Assembly (NCBI GenBank): GCA_963701095.1
Contig: OY969564.1
Location: 352,001-416,000 of the forward strand
DNA from: an uncultured Methanoregulaceae archaeon
GTDB taxonomy: Archaea > Halobacteriota > Methanomicrobia > Methanomicrobiales > Methanospirillaceae
Reading direction: 5' to 3'
DNA length: 64,000 bases
Positions 30,210 to 42,152 of this stretch are shown piece by piece. Position 1 is the first letter of the stretch. Every line of letters begins with the position of its first letter. The notes under the pieces were generated by a model. The model was not told where the DNA came from, made no database searches, and saw nothing but the letters and a program-made list of their open reading frames with translations. A program made the translations under genes and the position numbers.

Positions 30210-31468
30210 GGTAGTGTCTCTATAATGCTGTAAAATCAGCACACCCAGTATCCAAAGAGATCATCTCACTCTTCACAGATAAATACCGGTTACCCGTGAT
30301 CCACTCCTCATTAATATCGATAAGGATCGAACCGGTAAGTCTTAACAACGAAGCATCATTCGGGAAAGCCCCTATTTTTCTGCTCCGTCGTTTGAGTTCT
30401 TTATTAACCCGTTCCAGGAGATTAGTAGTCCGGATCTTTTTCCAGTGTTCCGGGGGAAATGCCCGGTAATTCATCAGGCCGTGCTCGAACCGGTAGATGG
30501 TATCAGCAGCCCGAGAGAGCCCGAAATTCTCCAGTTCCTTCGCATAAGCAAGTAAGAGAGCATGATCACTGAGACATTCTTTGAGTCGTTCGGCGATCGA
30601 CTTGTGATATTTTCGGGAGACTTTTCTCAGAACTGCCCGGATAAAATGAACGTGACAAAGCTGCCATGATGAGCCAGGGAACATCCTTTCGGCAGCCGAT
30701 TGGATCCCGGAATGTCCATCTGAAATAACGAGATCCACCTTACTGAGACCACGATCCTTGAGGTCGGAAAATATTCCTTCCCAGGTAAGTTCATGTTCCG
30801 CATCAGCTACACGAGCTCCGAGGATCTCCCGGTATCCGTCTTCCCGTACCCGGCTACTACGAGAAGAGTCTTTGTTGACGTACTTGACTCCATCTCTTAC
30901 TTTGAAGTACGATGCATCGACGAAAAGATACGGAAAGTGTGAGTCGATGGTTCTTTCCATAAACTCCGTGATTTTCACATCGAGTTCCTGTGCTACCTTC
31001 GAGACGTAGGACGCCGAAATCTGGGTGACGCCCAGATGTGAGATTACTTTCTCGACATTCCGGGTCGATACGCCCTGAAGATACGATTCGATGATCGCGT
31101 TCACGAGCGCTTTCTCAGCCCGGGAGTATCGTTCGAATACTTTTGTCTCAAACGGGATCTCGCGTAACTGCGGTTTCTGGAGCATGAGATCCCCGAACCG
31201 GGTCTTCAGGGACCTAGACCGGTACCCGTTCCGATGCGCTCTTCTCGAACTCGATCTCGCGTGTTTCGGTACTCCGGCTTGTTGGGCCACTTCCTCGTTC
31301 ATCACATCGTTCAGAAACCACGTGATGAGCTGTTGCATTCCCTTCTCGTTATCGGTAAGATAATTTAGTACGATGTCGTTTAGATTCATTGCCCTGTATT
31401 CTCCTTGTTGCAATCTGATGTTGGATACAGGGCGTCTTCACTTTTTACAGCACTTCGTGTACACTACC
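30210..31468 (-). mobile_element. IS256-family insertion sequence, copy 1 (no target-site duplication)
   Basis: 26-bp imperfect TIRs ggtagtgtctctataatgctgtaaaa / ggtagtgtacacgaagtgctgtaaaa; flanks aaaagaaa and tgatggca do not match. Confidence 0.92.
30220..31413 (-). CDS. IS256-family (Mutator-like) DDE transposase
   Basis: RNGYRSR, YLQGVSTR, YLFVDA, VISDGH, WQLCHVHF, IRTTNLLERVNKELKRR. Confidence 0.95.
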   Translation of the reverse strand: MQQGEYRAMNLNDIVLNYLTDNEKGMQQLITWFLNDVMNEEVAQQAGVPKHARSSSRRAHRNGYRSRSLKTRFGDLMLQKPQLREIPFETKVFERYSRAEKALVNAIIESYLQGVSTRNVEKVISHLGVTQISASYVSKVAQELDVKITEFMERTIDSHFPYLFVDASYFKVRDGVKYVNKDSSRSSRVREDGYREILGARVADAEHELTWEGIFSDLKDRGLSKVDLVISDGHSGIQSAAERMFPGSSWQLCHVHFIRAVLRKVSRKYHKSIAERLKECLSDHALLLAYAKELENFGLSRAADTIYRFEHGLMNYRAFPPEHWKKIRTTNLLERVNKELKRRSRKIGAFPNDASLLRLTGSILIDINEEWITGNRYLSVKSEMISLDTGCADFTAL

Positions 31469-32801
31469 TGATGGCATCCGGCAATCTCGAATTCAAACTG
31501 GATCTTAAGCCGCCTACAGAAAACACAAGATCTGCTTACGAACAGTTCGTCATTATAAATTCAATGATCGAGAAAGTCCGCGAAGCACTCATACTCATGA
31601 TTGCTGATGCCAATATGCTCGCCGATGCTGCCGTAGCAGGAAAGCTCGAAACCCGTGCTGATGCCTCTCGTCACGAGGGAGATTTCCGTAAAATTGTCGA
31701 AGGTGTCAATGTCACACTCGATTCTGTAATCAGGCCGGTCAACGAAGCCCTCCGAATGTCCCAGGAATACGCAAAGCAGAACTTCTCAGCCAGAGTGGAT
31801 GAAAACCTCAAAGTAGCTGGCGATTTCTTGGCATTTAAAAATGCCCTTAACAATATCGGGATTGCCGTATCAGCTGCTGTGAAAACCGTGAATATGCAAA
31901 CGGGAAATCTGTCAGTTTCTTCGGCGAAAGCACTCTCAAATCTTAAAGATGTATCAACTGCATCTGATCGGATTACTGCCAATGCCCAAAAAGTCAATGA
32001 AAACGCCGGCATAAGTGCACAGGGTGTGGAACAGGTACTCAAGGCAATGGAAGATATGAATTCTGCAATCGAACAGGTGACAGCCAGCATGGAAGGCGTT
32101 TCATTGCAGGCAAAACAGGCATCAGAAGCGTCAAAAAACGGTGCCATCCTTGCTGAGAATGTAGAAAAAGGCATGGGCGATATTACGAAATCCACCGATT
32201 CGGTGAACAGTATTGTCAAAGACATCGAAAAGCAGATGGCCGATATCTCCAAGATTGTTGTTCTAATTCGAGACCTTGCAAACCAAACAAACCTACTTGC
32301 CCTCAATGCTGCCATTGAAGCAGCTCGGCCGGTGAAGCCGGCCGAGGATTTGCGGTTGTTGCCGTTGAAGTTAAAGCCTTGGCACAGGAATCAAAGACCA
32401 GCGCCGAAAAAATAGAGGAGATGATTTCGACCCTCAATAAATCCACAAAGAAAGCGGCAGTTGCAATGGACGATACGCACAGCCTAGTTATAAAAGGCAC
32501 AACAATGTCAACCGAAGCATTCGACGCGTTCCAGAAAATTAAAGTCGCTGCAGAAGGTGTCGCAAATTCTGTCTCCGAAGTTGCTGGTGCTTCAGAGCAG
32601 CAGGCAGCAGCGGTCGAAGAGATCACCGCAAGTGTCCAGGAAGTAAGGATAAAAATTGAAGGCACAGCTAAAGAAGCAAAAGAAGCCGCAGAAGCGGCAG
32701 AAGAAGCAACTGTAGCGATAGATGAAGTGAACAAAGTTGTTGTAAACGTCAATGCGATCGCTGAGAGCGTGTCCCGAGAAATGGCGAAGTTTACTCTTTG
32801 A
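31469..32801 (+). pseudogene. Methyl-accepting chemotaxis protein, 5'-truncated at the IS256 end (also a single-base deletion at about 32328)
   Basis: HAMP-like segments, then LANQTNLLALNAAIEAAR / (A)GEAGRGFAVVA hairpin-tip motif split across frames; sequence starts mid-domain exactly at the IS end. Confidence 0.85.
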
Positions 32802-32930
32802 TCAGAATGTCAATTCAATGACTCCTGTAAATCAAATGAATCGGGTTACCTAACATCCGGGAACCGGGATAGCAGATACCTACGGGATGGAGAAAACCTA
32901 AAAAAGCGCATTGCCAGGTAAAGACTAGGG

Positions 32931-34109
32931 ATGAAAACCATGACACACGATATTGCAATCCTCGTCATTGATGACGATCCTGATTTTCTCACCATTAGCA
33001 GGATGTATCTCAAAGAGGGGGGTTTTCAGGATATAGCAACATCGTGTTCCTCCAATGAAGCGCTCGAAATCCTTGCATCCCGTTCATTCGATGTTATAGT
33101 GGCCGATTACGACCTTCCGCCGGGCATGAACAGCATCGAACTTTTGAAAAAATTAAAATCTCAGGGAGATACGACACCTTTCATTATTTTCACGGGAAAG
33201 AGCCGTGAAGAGGTAGCAATCGAGGCTCTCAACACCGGGGCTGCCTATTATCTCCAGAAAGGCATTGAAATTGAGGCCCAGTTCGCCGAGCTCAGGAACA
33301 TGATTATTCAACTTGCAGAAAAAAAGCGGGCAAAAGAACTGGTTGAATTTCAGGAAAGAGAACTCCGCTCAAAAAACCAGGAACTTGAGTCATTCTGTTA
33401 TTCAATCTCCCATGATCTGCGGGCACCACTCAGAGTAATTGAAGGGTATAGTGCTGTTATCCAGAATATCGCAGGAAAAGATCTTTCTCCCGAGGCCATA
33501 ACCTATTTCAATGGGATCCGGTCTGCAAGTGCAAAAATGGACACAATGATCGAGAGCCTGCTGAAATTTTCCCGTGCAGGTAGACTCGCAATAAATTATC
33601 AGGAAGTGGATCTTTCGAAAATTGCACAGGATATTATAGAAACCCTCAGGCAGCAATACCCGCAGCGAAACGTAACGGTAAATATTGATGCACCGATGAT
33701 AGTGTTCGGCGACCGTAATCTTCTCATGATGGCCTTGCAGAACCTGCTTGACAATGCCTGGAAATATACCGGGAAAAAAAGCCATGCGAAGATATCATTC
33801 CGGGTGATAACCGATGCTACTGGCAGGAAATTCTCTCTCAGCGATGATGGCGCGGGATTTGATGCAGCCACGGCAGAAAACCTGTTTTCTCCGTTCACAC
33901 GATTCCATACAGAATCTGAATTCCCCGGGACCGGTATCGGTCTAGCGACGGTCCATAGGATAATCGAACGGCATGGCGGTCAGATTCGTGCTGAAAGTGA
34001 AGAGGGGAAAGGGGCAACCTTCTTATTTACCCTACCGGACGGCAGGGATATCAGGAACCATGGTCAGATCGATGGTGAAAAAAAATCTTGTTCTCAGAGA
34101 GGCAGGTGA
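32931..34109 (+). CDS. Hybrid REC-HisKA-HATPase histidine kinase
   Basis: VIDDD...ADYD REC domain; ISHDLRAPL H-box; NLLDNAWKY; GTGIGLA. Confidence 0.92.
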   Translation: MKTMTHDIAILVIDDDPDFLTISRMYLKEGGFQDIATSCSSNEALEILASRSFDVIVADYDLPPGMNSIELLKKLKSQGDTTPFIIFTGKSREEVAIEALNTGAAYYLQKGIEIEAQFAELRNMIIQLAEKKRAKELVEFQERELRSKNQELESFCYSISHDLRAPLRVIEGYSAVIQNIAGKDLSPEAITYFNGIRSASAKMDTMIESLLKFSRAGRLAINYQEVDLSKIAQDIIETLRQQYPQRNVTVNIDAPMIVFGDRNLLMMALQNLLDNAWKYTGKKSHAKISFRVITDATGRKFSLSDDGAGFDAATAENLFSPFTRFHTESEFPGTGIGLATVHRIIERHGGQIRAESEEGKGATFLFTLPDGRDIRNHGQIDGEKKSCSQRGR

Positions 34110-34118
34110 AAAAGAACT

Positions 34119-35968
34119 ATGGATACGCCTCTCAGACAAAAATTTGGGATCACACGGAACACACCGTGGATTGCCACCGTTTCAGCCACCGCGATATGTC
34201 TCGCGGTTAGTGTCTTCTCCCTGATGTCAGGATGGCTGACCATTTTCCAGAACCTTTTTTATGTTCCCATCATTCTTGCTTGCATATTTTACACTAAGAA
34301 GGGTTTTGTTTTTTCCGTGTTCCTTTCATTCGTGTATTTTATCGAGATGGCGATATTCACCCAGGATCCCGGTACCTCCAGGGTGCTTTTATCCGTGTTC
34401 TGATATTCATTTTTGTTGCCGCTGTGATAACCTATCTCTCGCTTATCCAGCAGAGGACCCAAGTTGCACTCCAAGAACGTGAAGCACTATTCCACGAGAT
34501 TTTCGACAATGTCAATGACGCCATTCATCTGCATGAATTTGACGAGCATGGCCGACCAGAAAAGTTTATTGAAGTAAATGCCATTGCCTGCCGGATGCTC
34601 CAGTACACAAAAGAAGAGATGCTTCAGCTGGGCCCTCTCGACATTACGACGGAGTTCCACAGTATTCCGGTGGATGAGATTGGGAAGGAGTACAAACGAT
34701 GCGGTCATGTCATATTTGAGACAGAACACCAGAGAAAAGATGGCACTATTGTTCCTGTTGAGGTTAACGGACATCTTGTCACAATCCATGGAAAAGAACT
34801 GATCCTTGCAGTTGTCCGTGATATTTCTGAACGGAAACGTACAGAGACAGCACTGCGTGAAAGCGAGGAGTTTAACCGCGGTCTTGTTGAAAATATCCCT
34901 GATATTGTAACCGTTTATGGCATAGACAGGAAAGTCCGGTATGTCAATCCTGCAATCTTCCCCCTACTCGGCTATCAGCCGGAATCGGTTGTTGGAACCG
35001 ATATCTTGTCCTATGTTGCCGAAGATCAGCGTGAAAAGGCATACCATACAATCTCGCAGCGGCTCGCGTCCGGGAATGTACAACCAATTGAGATCGACAT
35101 TTTAAAAAGTGATGGGAGTAGGTTGACGACCATTACGAAAAGTTCGAACACGCATTTTAAAAATGAGCCGGCAGTCCTTTTGATGTTGACTGATATCAGT
35201 GAAAGAAAACAACACGAACAGGAGATGCAGCAGCACAACGAGGATACTGAACGCAGTTCCCGCATCCTTGGCATGGCCAATAAAAAACTCAACCTCCTGG
35301 GAAGTCTGACCAGGCATGATATTCTCAATAAACTTTCATCTTTAGCTGCATATACCCAGATATTAAAGAAAAATTCAGAAGATCCTGAACACATCCGGAT
35401 TCTTGAAGCTGAGGAAAATTTACTAAGGACAATTGGTGGATACCTCGAATTTACAAAAATGTACGAGAAGATTGGTGTTGCGGCCCCTGCATGGATTGAA
35501 CTGGACGCCGTGATTCGGAAAGCGTTTGCGGCCATCCCACACCGTGAGATTATTCTTGAAAGCAATCTCGAAGGATTCAGGGTATATGCCGATCCCCTCT
35601 TCGAAAAAGTGTTCACTAACCTGCTAGATAATGCGGTACGTCATGGGGATCATGTATCAAGGATCCATGTGTCAGCACAGGAATTAGATACAGGTTTAGT
35701 TCTTGTCTGGGAAGATGATGGGATAGGTATTGAAGAAGATGAAAAAGTGCATATTTTCGAACGGGGTGTAGGAAAGAATACGGGAATGGGGTTATTCCTG
35801 GCCCGTGAAATTCTCACCATCACCGGAATGACAATTCACGAAACGGGTAAACCAGGTAAAGGTGCACGGTTCGAGATTACGATCCCTAACGGTGGTTATC
35901 AGAAGGGACTGACCCCATGTCCTGTATCAGGATCCGACCAAGCGAACGCAGAGGTATTTATTAAATAA
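34119..35968 (+). CDS. Membrane PAS-PAS histidine kinase (single-base deletion at about 34375 separates the TM N-terminus)
   Basis: TM module IFQNLFYVPIILACIFY; adding one C restores GTLQGAFIRVLIF in frame; two PAS domains; LTRHDILN; GKNTGMGL. Confidence 0.85.
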
Positions 35969-35982
35969 TTCCTGGAGTGTGT

Positions 35983-38900
35983 ATGGCCCCGATTTCTGTT
36001 CTTTATGTTGATGACGATGTAACTCTTCTCGACATCTGTAAGATATTTCTCGAAGATGGTGGAAAATTCAAGATCGATACATCGGAATCAGCCAAAGACG
36101 CGTTAAAAAAGATGTCCTCCAATACCTATGACGCGATCTTATCGGACTACCAGATGCCAAAGATGGATGGCATTCAGTTCCTTATCGAAATCCGGAAACG
36201 TTTTGGGTCAATCCCATTCATTCTTTTCACCGGCAGGGGCAGGGAAGAGGTAGTTATCCAGGCGCTCAACAGCGGAGCGGACTTCTATCTCCAGAAAGGC
36301 GGGGATCCTGAGTCACAGTTTGCAGAACTTTCTAACAAGATCACTTATGCCATATCGCGAAGACGTGCGGAGGCGGCAAAGCAGGAGAGTGATGCAAGTC
36401 TTGATCTTGCACTTCGTTCAGCAGAAATGGGGGTCTGGCATTGGGACATTATAGAGGGGAAACGATATTTTGACGACACGACCTGTCATCTTTTAGGGAT
36501 CGATCCGTCCGTATTCACGGGATCTGCAGAAGAATTTTTCAAGGTAGTCCATCCCGAGGACCATCAAATACTGAAAGATTCACTCAACCGTACTATTGAG
36601 CAAGATGTGCTTTATGAGCCAGTGTATCGTGTCATACATCCTGATGGAAGTTTCCGCTTCGTAGCCGCCCGTGGCAGACTGGTAAAAAATGCCGCTGGAA
36701 AACCGGAACGGATTAATGGAATAATCTGGGATATCACCGAACGCAAACAGACAGAAGAAGAACTGCATGTACTCACTGATCGCCTGTTCCTCGCAACGCG
36801 TGCAGGTGGCGTTGGTATTTGGGATTATGATGTTGTCCATAATACGCTGGTATGGGATGACCAGATGTTTGCCCTCTACGGGATTACACGGGAGCAGTTT
36901 GGCGGAGCCTATGAAGCATGGCAGGCCGGACTTCACCCGGATGACCGGACGCTTGGAGATGAAGAGTTCCAGAAGGCATTACGCGGAGAGAAGGATTTCA
37001 ACACCGAGTTCCGTGTCCTCTGGGCTGATGGCAGCACCCATTACATCCGGGCCCTTGCCATAGTTCAACGGGATTCAGATAGTAAACCTCTGCGTGTAAT
37101 CGGCACGAACTGGGACATCACCGAACGCAAGCAGATGGGCGAGCAGCTGGATATGGAAAGGACCTTCATCGACGCCATCTTCAACAGCGCTCCCGGTATG
37201 ATCTATCTTTACAATACCGACGGGCAACTGGTTCAGTGGAACAAAAACCATGAGCGGATGACCGGTTACTCTGCCGAAGAATTATCGCATATGCACTTAT
37301 TGGACTGGTATAAAGGCGATGCAGAAAGTCAAGCAGCAGTGACGGAAGGCATCAGGACAACAATCGAAAAAGGATTCGGCTATGCCGAAGCCAACCTGCA
37401 GAAGAAAGACGGCACACGCATTCCCATGTATTTTACGGCCAGTCCGCTGCTAATCAATGGCCAGCAGTACTTTACCGGTATTGGGATCGACATTACCGAA
37501 CGAAAACGGGCAGAAGAGGCGCTGCTCAAGAGAAACGAAGAACTCCACGGAGCCTATGAGCAGATCCAAGCAACCGAAGAGGAACTCCGTGGAAACCTGG
37601 ATGAATTGAGCCGGCAGGAACAGGGATTGCGGCGAAGCGAGGAGAAATACCGCTCACTCTACATCCATATGATTGAAGGTGCAGCGCTTCACCAGCTCAC
37701 CTTCACCGATCAGGGGATACCTGATGATTATATCATTCTTGAAACAAATCCTGCGTTTGAAAAACAGCTAGGCATATCCCGAAATGACGTCATTGGTAAA
37801 ACCAGCCGGGAAGCCTATGGTGTATCCGAACCACCCTATCTTGAAACCTATGCAAGGGTAGCCCTCACGGGGAAACCGGAGGTTTTTGAAACCTACTTCC
37901 AGCCCCTTGACAAATATTTCTCAATATCCGTCTACTGTCCGGAAAAGGGCAAATTCGCCACAATTTTTGAAGATATCACCGAACGAAAACGGGCGGACGA
38001 AGTGCTAAAAGAGAGCGAAGCAAAGTTCCGTTTTCTTTCCGAAAGCAGTCCGGATTATATCATGCGGTATGATCGTCAGTGTCGTCATACTTACATGAAT
38101 CAGGCGGGATTACGGGTTTCTGGATTGACAGCAGATCAGCTCATCGGAAAAACCCATCGTGAAGCCGGGTATGATGAGGATCTCAGCCGGATGTGGGAAG
38201 AGAAGATAACCGGGGTTTTCGAGACCGGTAAACCCAGCCGGACCCAGTTTGAGTGGGGCAGTGCCGAAGGTCGTGTTGTCATTGACTGGCTACTCACCCC
38301 GGAATTAGCCGACGATGGCTCCGTCAGATCAGTACTGGGAGTTTCAAGAGATATTACCCGGCTCAAACAGGCTGAAGAAGGGTTAGAATCCGCACAACAG
38401 AAACTTAAAGAGGTTCATCACCTGGCCCATATCGGAACATGGGATTGGGTTGTTGATACAGATACGGTAACCTGGTCTGATGAATTATACGAGATCGCCG
38501 GCTGGGATCCCGCAAAACCTGCGCCAACGTATGCACAACATCCCTGTTGTTATACCCCATCCAGCTGGGAGAGACTAGACACAGCGGTAAAAAAGGCGCT
38601 CACTACAGGAGAGCCATATAACCTTGAACTGGAACTGGTCCGGCCTGATGGCAGTACACGATGGACGAATGCCTTTGGTGGCAGGATGACCGATGCGAGC
38701 GGCAAATGTATCGGCCTTCATGGCACTATGCAGGACATCACCGAGCGAAAACGGGCAGAGGAAAAACTGAAGGAAAGCGAAGTACTCCTTGCCGAGGCAC
38801 AACGCATTGCTCACATGGGGAGCTGGAGCTGGGATTTCACCACAAACAAGGTCGCGTGGTCGGATGAGATGTACCGGATTTTCGGGATATCTCCCGATAT

Positions 38901-41331
38901 CTATGATGGAACTCCGGAGATGGCCCTGAATGTTGTTCATCCTGATGACAGGGAGCGCTTTATACAGAATATGGAGGACATTATGTCCCGGGGTGTATGG
39001 AATCCTCTCGAATATCGCGTGATCCATTCCGACAGATCCATCCACATTGTCTATGCCAATGGTGTTGTCGAGTTCGACAATGCAGGCAATCCGGTCAGGA
39101 GCACCGGCACAGTTCAGGACATCACCGAACGTAAGCTGGCTGAACAGGAACTGCAAAAATCCCGGAGTGAATATGTCCATCTGCTTGAGAATATACACGA
39201 TATATACTACCGTAGCGATACAGAGGGAAGACTCGTTCTTGCAAGTACATCTTGGGCAAAAAAACTCGGGTATGATGACCTCACCGAGTGTCTCGGTAAA
39301 AATATTGCTGATACGTTCTATGCGGATCCCAGAGATCGTAAAAGATTCCTTGATGAGGTTTACAAAAACGGTTACGTGTCCGATTACGAAGTAAACCTGA
39401 AGAAAAAGGACGGGACAACACTCCCGGTTGCGGTAAGTAGTTACCTCTATTTCGATAAAGCCGGCACTATTCTCGGGATTGAAGGTACATGGCGTGATAT
39501 CACTGAGCGCAAAAAAATGGAAAATGCCCTGAGAGAGAGCGAAAAGAATTACAGCCTTATTTTAGAGAATGCAAACGATGCAATCTTTCTCCACGAGATA
39601 TTGCCGGATGGCAGGCCAGGAAAGTACGCTTTGGTTAATACAATTGCCTGCCAAAGACTCGGCTACACCCATGATGAACTGCTGCAAATGTCAGTCAGTG
39701 ACGTGGCTTCTCCTAGACATATCCCCAATATACCGGAGTTAGCAAAGAAGTTGCATCAAGATGGATATGCAACCTTTGAAGGGATCCACCGGAGAAAGGA
39801 CGGCACAGAGTTTCCTGTCGAGAATAGCACTCACATATTCGAGATGGGTGGCCGAAAGGTTGCAATAACGTTTTCTCGCGACATCACTGACCGCAAACAG
39901 ATCGAAGAAGCATTGAAAAAGAGCGAGGAAAAGTACCGGAATGTGATAGAAGTCCAGACCGAACTCATTTGCCGGTTCCGACCTGACGGAACTCACATCT
40001 TTGTCAATGAAGCATATTGCCGTTATTTTGGTGTAAAACGGGAAGATCTCCTCGGACATCGTTTCATACCATGCATCCCTGATGGGGACAGGGAGTTCCT
40101 GAAACAGTTCTTTGCCTCATTAACCCCGGACCACCCCAGTGGTGATATCAGGCACCGCATCATCATGCCAGATGGAAATGTGCGGTGGCAGCGATGGAGC
40201 GACCTGGCCATCTTCGATTCAGAGGGTCATATAACTGAGTATCAATCGGTCGGGCGAGATATCACCGATATGAAAAAGGCTGAAGAAGCGCTTGCTGAAA
40301 GCGAAGAAAAATACCGCACTCTTGTCGAAAAGGCAAACGAGGCAATTATCATTGTTCAGGATGAACATTTCGTTTTCGCCAACTCAAAGATGTCTGAACT
40401 TCTTGGTGTGCCGAAAGAAGATTTTATAGGCAAGTCTATAATCGATTTCATCTGGCCTGATGATCGGAAAATGGTGATGGAGAAATACCGGAGACGTATG
40501 AATGGAGAAGCGCAAAGTGACGCGTACGATTTCCGGATCGTTGGAAAAGAGGGCAGACTGAGATGGGTCTTCCTGCAGGCTGCGTTAATCCAATGGAATG
40601 GAAAGCCGGCAACGCTCAACATCTTGACCGACATCACCGAACGCAAGCAGGCTGATGAGGCAATCCGTCTGATGAATAAGAAACTCAATATCCTTTCCAG
40701 TATCACTCGTCACGACCTTAAGAACCAACTTATGGCATTAAAATCTTATCTGGCGATCTCAAAACGTGTTTTCGGCGATCCTGCAAAAACGTCAGAGATT
40801 AATGCCAAGGAAGAGGAGGTAATAAAAAACATCGAACGTCAGATCGACTTCACCAAAGAATACGAGGACATCGGCGTTAAGGCCCCGATATGGCAAAACT
40901 GCCACACGCTCGTGGAGCACGCATCAAAGCAAATCTCGTTTGGGCAGATTATCGTGAAAAACAATGTCCCCAAATGTACTGAAATGTTTGCTGATTCGTT
41001 AGTTGTCAAAGTTTTCTATAATTTGATGGAGAATGCAATCCGTCATGGCGGTAAAGTCACGACCATCAGGTTCTTTACTGAAGAACGTGATGGTGCTAAT
41101 ATCATCGTGTGTGAAGACGATGGAGACGGTATTATTCCAGGAGAAAAGGAGGCGATTTTCGACCGAGGATTCGGGAGGAACACCGGCCTTGGACTTTTCC
41201 TTGCCCGGGAGATTCTCGATATCACCGGGATCAAAATCTCAGAAACCGGTGAGCCGGGAATAGGGGCACGATTCGAAATCGCAGTCCCTAAAGGTGCCTT
41301 CAGGCTGTCCGATGAAAATACCATATGTTAG
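35983..41331 (+). CDS. Very large REC-multi-PAS/PAC histidine kinase
   Basis: VLYVDDD REC; many PAS/PAC units ending in DITERK; ITRHDLKNQL; HATPase boxes. Confidence 0.93.
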   Translation: MAPISVLYVDDDVTLLDICKIFLEDGGKFKIDTSESAKDALKKMSSNTYDAILSDYQMPKMDGIQFLIEIRKRFGSIPFILFTGRGREEVVIQALNSGADFYLQKGGDPESQFAELSNKITYAISRRRAEAAKQESDASLDLALRSAEMGVWHWDIIEGKRYFDDTTCHLLGIDPSVFTGSAEEFFKVVHPEDHQILKDSLNRTIEQDVLYEPVYRVIHPDGSFRFVAARGRLVKNAAGKPERINGIIWDITERKQTEEELHVLTDRLFLATRAGGVGIWDYDVVHNTLVWDDQMFALYGITREQFGGAYEAWQAGLHPDDRTLGDEEFQKALRGEKDFNTEFRVLWADGSTHYIRALAIVQRDSDSKPLRVIGTNWDITERKQMGEQLDMERTFIDAIFNSAPGMIYLYNTDGQLVQWNKNHERMTGYSAEELSHMHLLDWYKGDAESQAAVTEGIRTTIEKGFGYAEANLQKKDGTRIPMYFTASPLLINGQQYFTGIGIDITERKRAEEALLKRNEELHGAYEQIQATEEELRGNLDELSRQEQGLRRSEEKYRSLYIHMIEGAALHQLTFTDQGIPDDYIILETNPAFEKQLGISRNDVIGKTSREAYGVSEPPYLETYARVALTGKPEVFETYFQPLDKYFSISVYCPEKGKFATIFEDITERKRADEVLKESEAKFRFLSESSPDYIMRYDRQCRHTYMNQAGLRVSGLTADQLIGKTHREAGYDEDLSRMWEEKITGVFETGKPSRTQFEWGSAEGRVVIDWLLTPELADDGSVRSVLGVSRDITRLKQAEEGLESAQQKLKEVHHLAHIGTWDWVVDTDTVTWSDELYEIAGWDPAKPAPTYAQHPCCYTPSSWERLDTAVKKALTTGEPYNLELELVRPDGSTRWTNAFGGRMTDASGKCIGLHGTMQDITERKRAEEKLKESEVLLAEAQRIAHMGSWSWDFTTNKVAWSDEMYRIFGISPDIYDGTPEMALNVVHPDDRERFIQNMEDIMSRGVWNPLEYRVIHSDRSIHIVYANGVVEFDNAGNPVRSTGTVQDITERKLAEQELQKSRSEYVHLLENIHDIYYRSDTEGRLVLASTSWAKKLGYDDLTECLGKNIADTFYADPRDRKRFLDEVYKNGYVSDYEVNLKKKDGTTLPVAVSSYLYFDKAGTILGIEGTWRDITERKKMENALRESEKNYSLILENANDAIFLHEILPDGRPGKYALVNTIACQRLGYTHDELLQMSVSDVASPRHIPNIPELAKKLHQDGYATFEGIHRRKDGTEFPVENSTHIFEMGGRKVAITFSRDITDRKQIEEALKKSEEKYRNVIEVQTELICRFRPDGTHIFVNEAYCRYFGVKREDLLGHRFIPCIPDGDREFLKQFFASLTPDHPSGDIRHRIIMPDGNVRWQRWSDLAIFDSEGHITEYQSVGRDITDMKKAEEALAESEEKYRTLVEKANEAIIIVQDEHFVFANSKMSELLGVPKEDFIGKSIIDFIWPDDRKMVMEKYRRRMNGEAQSDAYDFRIVGKEGRLRWVFLQAALIQWNGKPATLNILTDITERKQADEAIRLMNKKLNILSSITRHDLKNQLMALKSYLAISKRVFGDPAKTSEINAKEEEVIKNIERQIDFTKEYEDIGVKAPIWQNCHTLVEHASKQISFGQIIVKNNVPKCTEMFADSLVVKVFYNLMENAIRHGGKVTTIRFFTEERDGANIIVCEDDGDGIIPGEKEAIFDRGFGRNTGLGLFLAREILDITGIKISETGEPGIGARFEIAVPKGAFRLSDENTIC

Positions 41332-41340
41332 GAGGAGATC

Positions 41341-41967
41341 ATGACATTATCAACTATTCAGATGGATGCGATACAGGAACTGGGAAACATCGGTGCCGCT
41401 CATGCCGCAACATCACTTTCCCAGATATTGATGAGCCCAGTCGAGATGCATGTCCCGAAAATCAGAGTTGTTAATCTTAACAAGCTGGGAAATTATATTA
41501 GTGAAGACTCCGCTGCTATGGTGGTTTTTGAACTCCAGGGAGAGATCCCGCATGGAGGTTATATCGTCTTTTATATCACAAAGCCATCAGCTGTCCAATT
41601 GTCCAACACGTTGCAGGGACTGACCGAAATCGATCGTCCACTTAACGAGATGGATGAGAGTGCACTCCTTGAGATCGGAAATATCATGGCCTCTGCATTT
41701 CTGGACGCCACATCTGAACTTCTTGGTATTGTCATGCTTCCGTCACCTCCTGCTATGACTATTGATATGGCGCACGCCGCCATGCAGACCTTGATCGCCC
41801 AGATGATCGAGGAGGTCGATCAGGTCATCCTGTTGTCCACAGAATTGATTTGCGAAGAGCATAAGATTGAAAGCGATATTATCCTGATGCCGGAGATTAG
41901 CACGCTGAAAAAAATGGCTGACCTATTGGAAAATCTCACGAATCCTGGTAAGAAATCGGATGTTTGA
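41341..41967 (+). CDS. cheC: CheC-family phosphatase
   Basis: Two D/S-xxx-E-xx-N motifs (DAIQELGNIG, SALLEIGNIM) and PSPP. Confidence 0.9.
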   Translation: MTLSTIQMDAIQELGNIGAAHAATSLSQILMSPVEMHVPKIRVVNLNKLGNYISEDSAAMVVFELQGEIPHGGYIVFYITKPSAVQLSNTLQGLTEIDRPLNEMDESALLEIGNIMASAFLDATSELLGIVMLPSPPAMTIDMAHAAMQTLIAQMIEEVDQVILLSTELICEEHKIESDIILMPEISTLKKMADLLENLTNPGKKSDV

Positions 41968-42152
41968 GAATGACTGACAAGCACTCATGGAATCTGGGGA
42001 TTAGTAGTTGATGTTATGCAGATGTACTAGGCGTTAATGACCAAAATTTCACGTTGAAAAAAACTAGCAACCAGATGACATATAATCTGTTTGATATAGA
42101 TATGATGGTTATTTACACACTCGTTATGCAATAGGATTGTTGGACGGAACAA

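Noticed and set aside
30840..30890. Novel transposase segment (NKDSSRSSRVRE) or programmed frameshift in IS256
   Set aside because: The alternative frame reads LLVVAG as expected for the family. Both copies are garbled differently at the same spot, pointing to polishing artefacts among IS variants.
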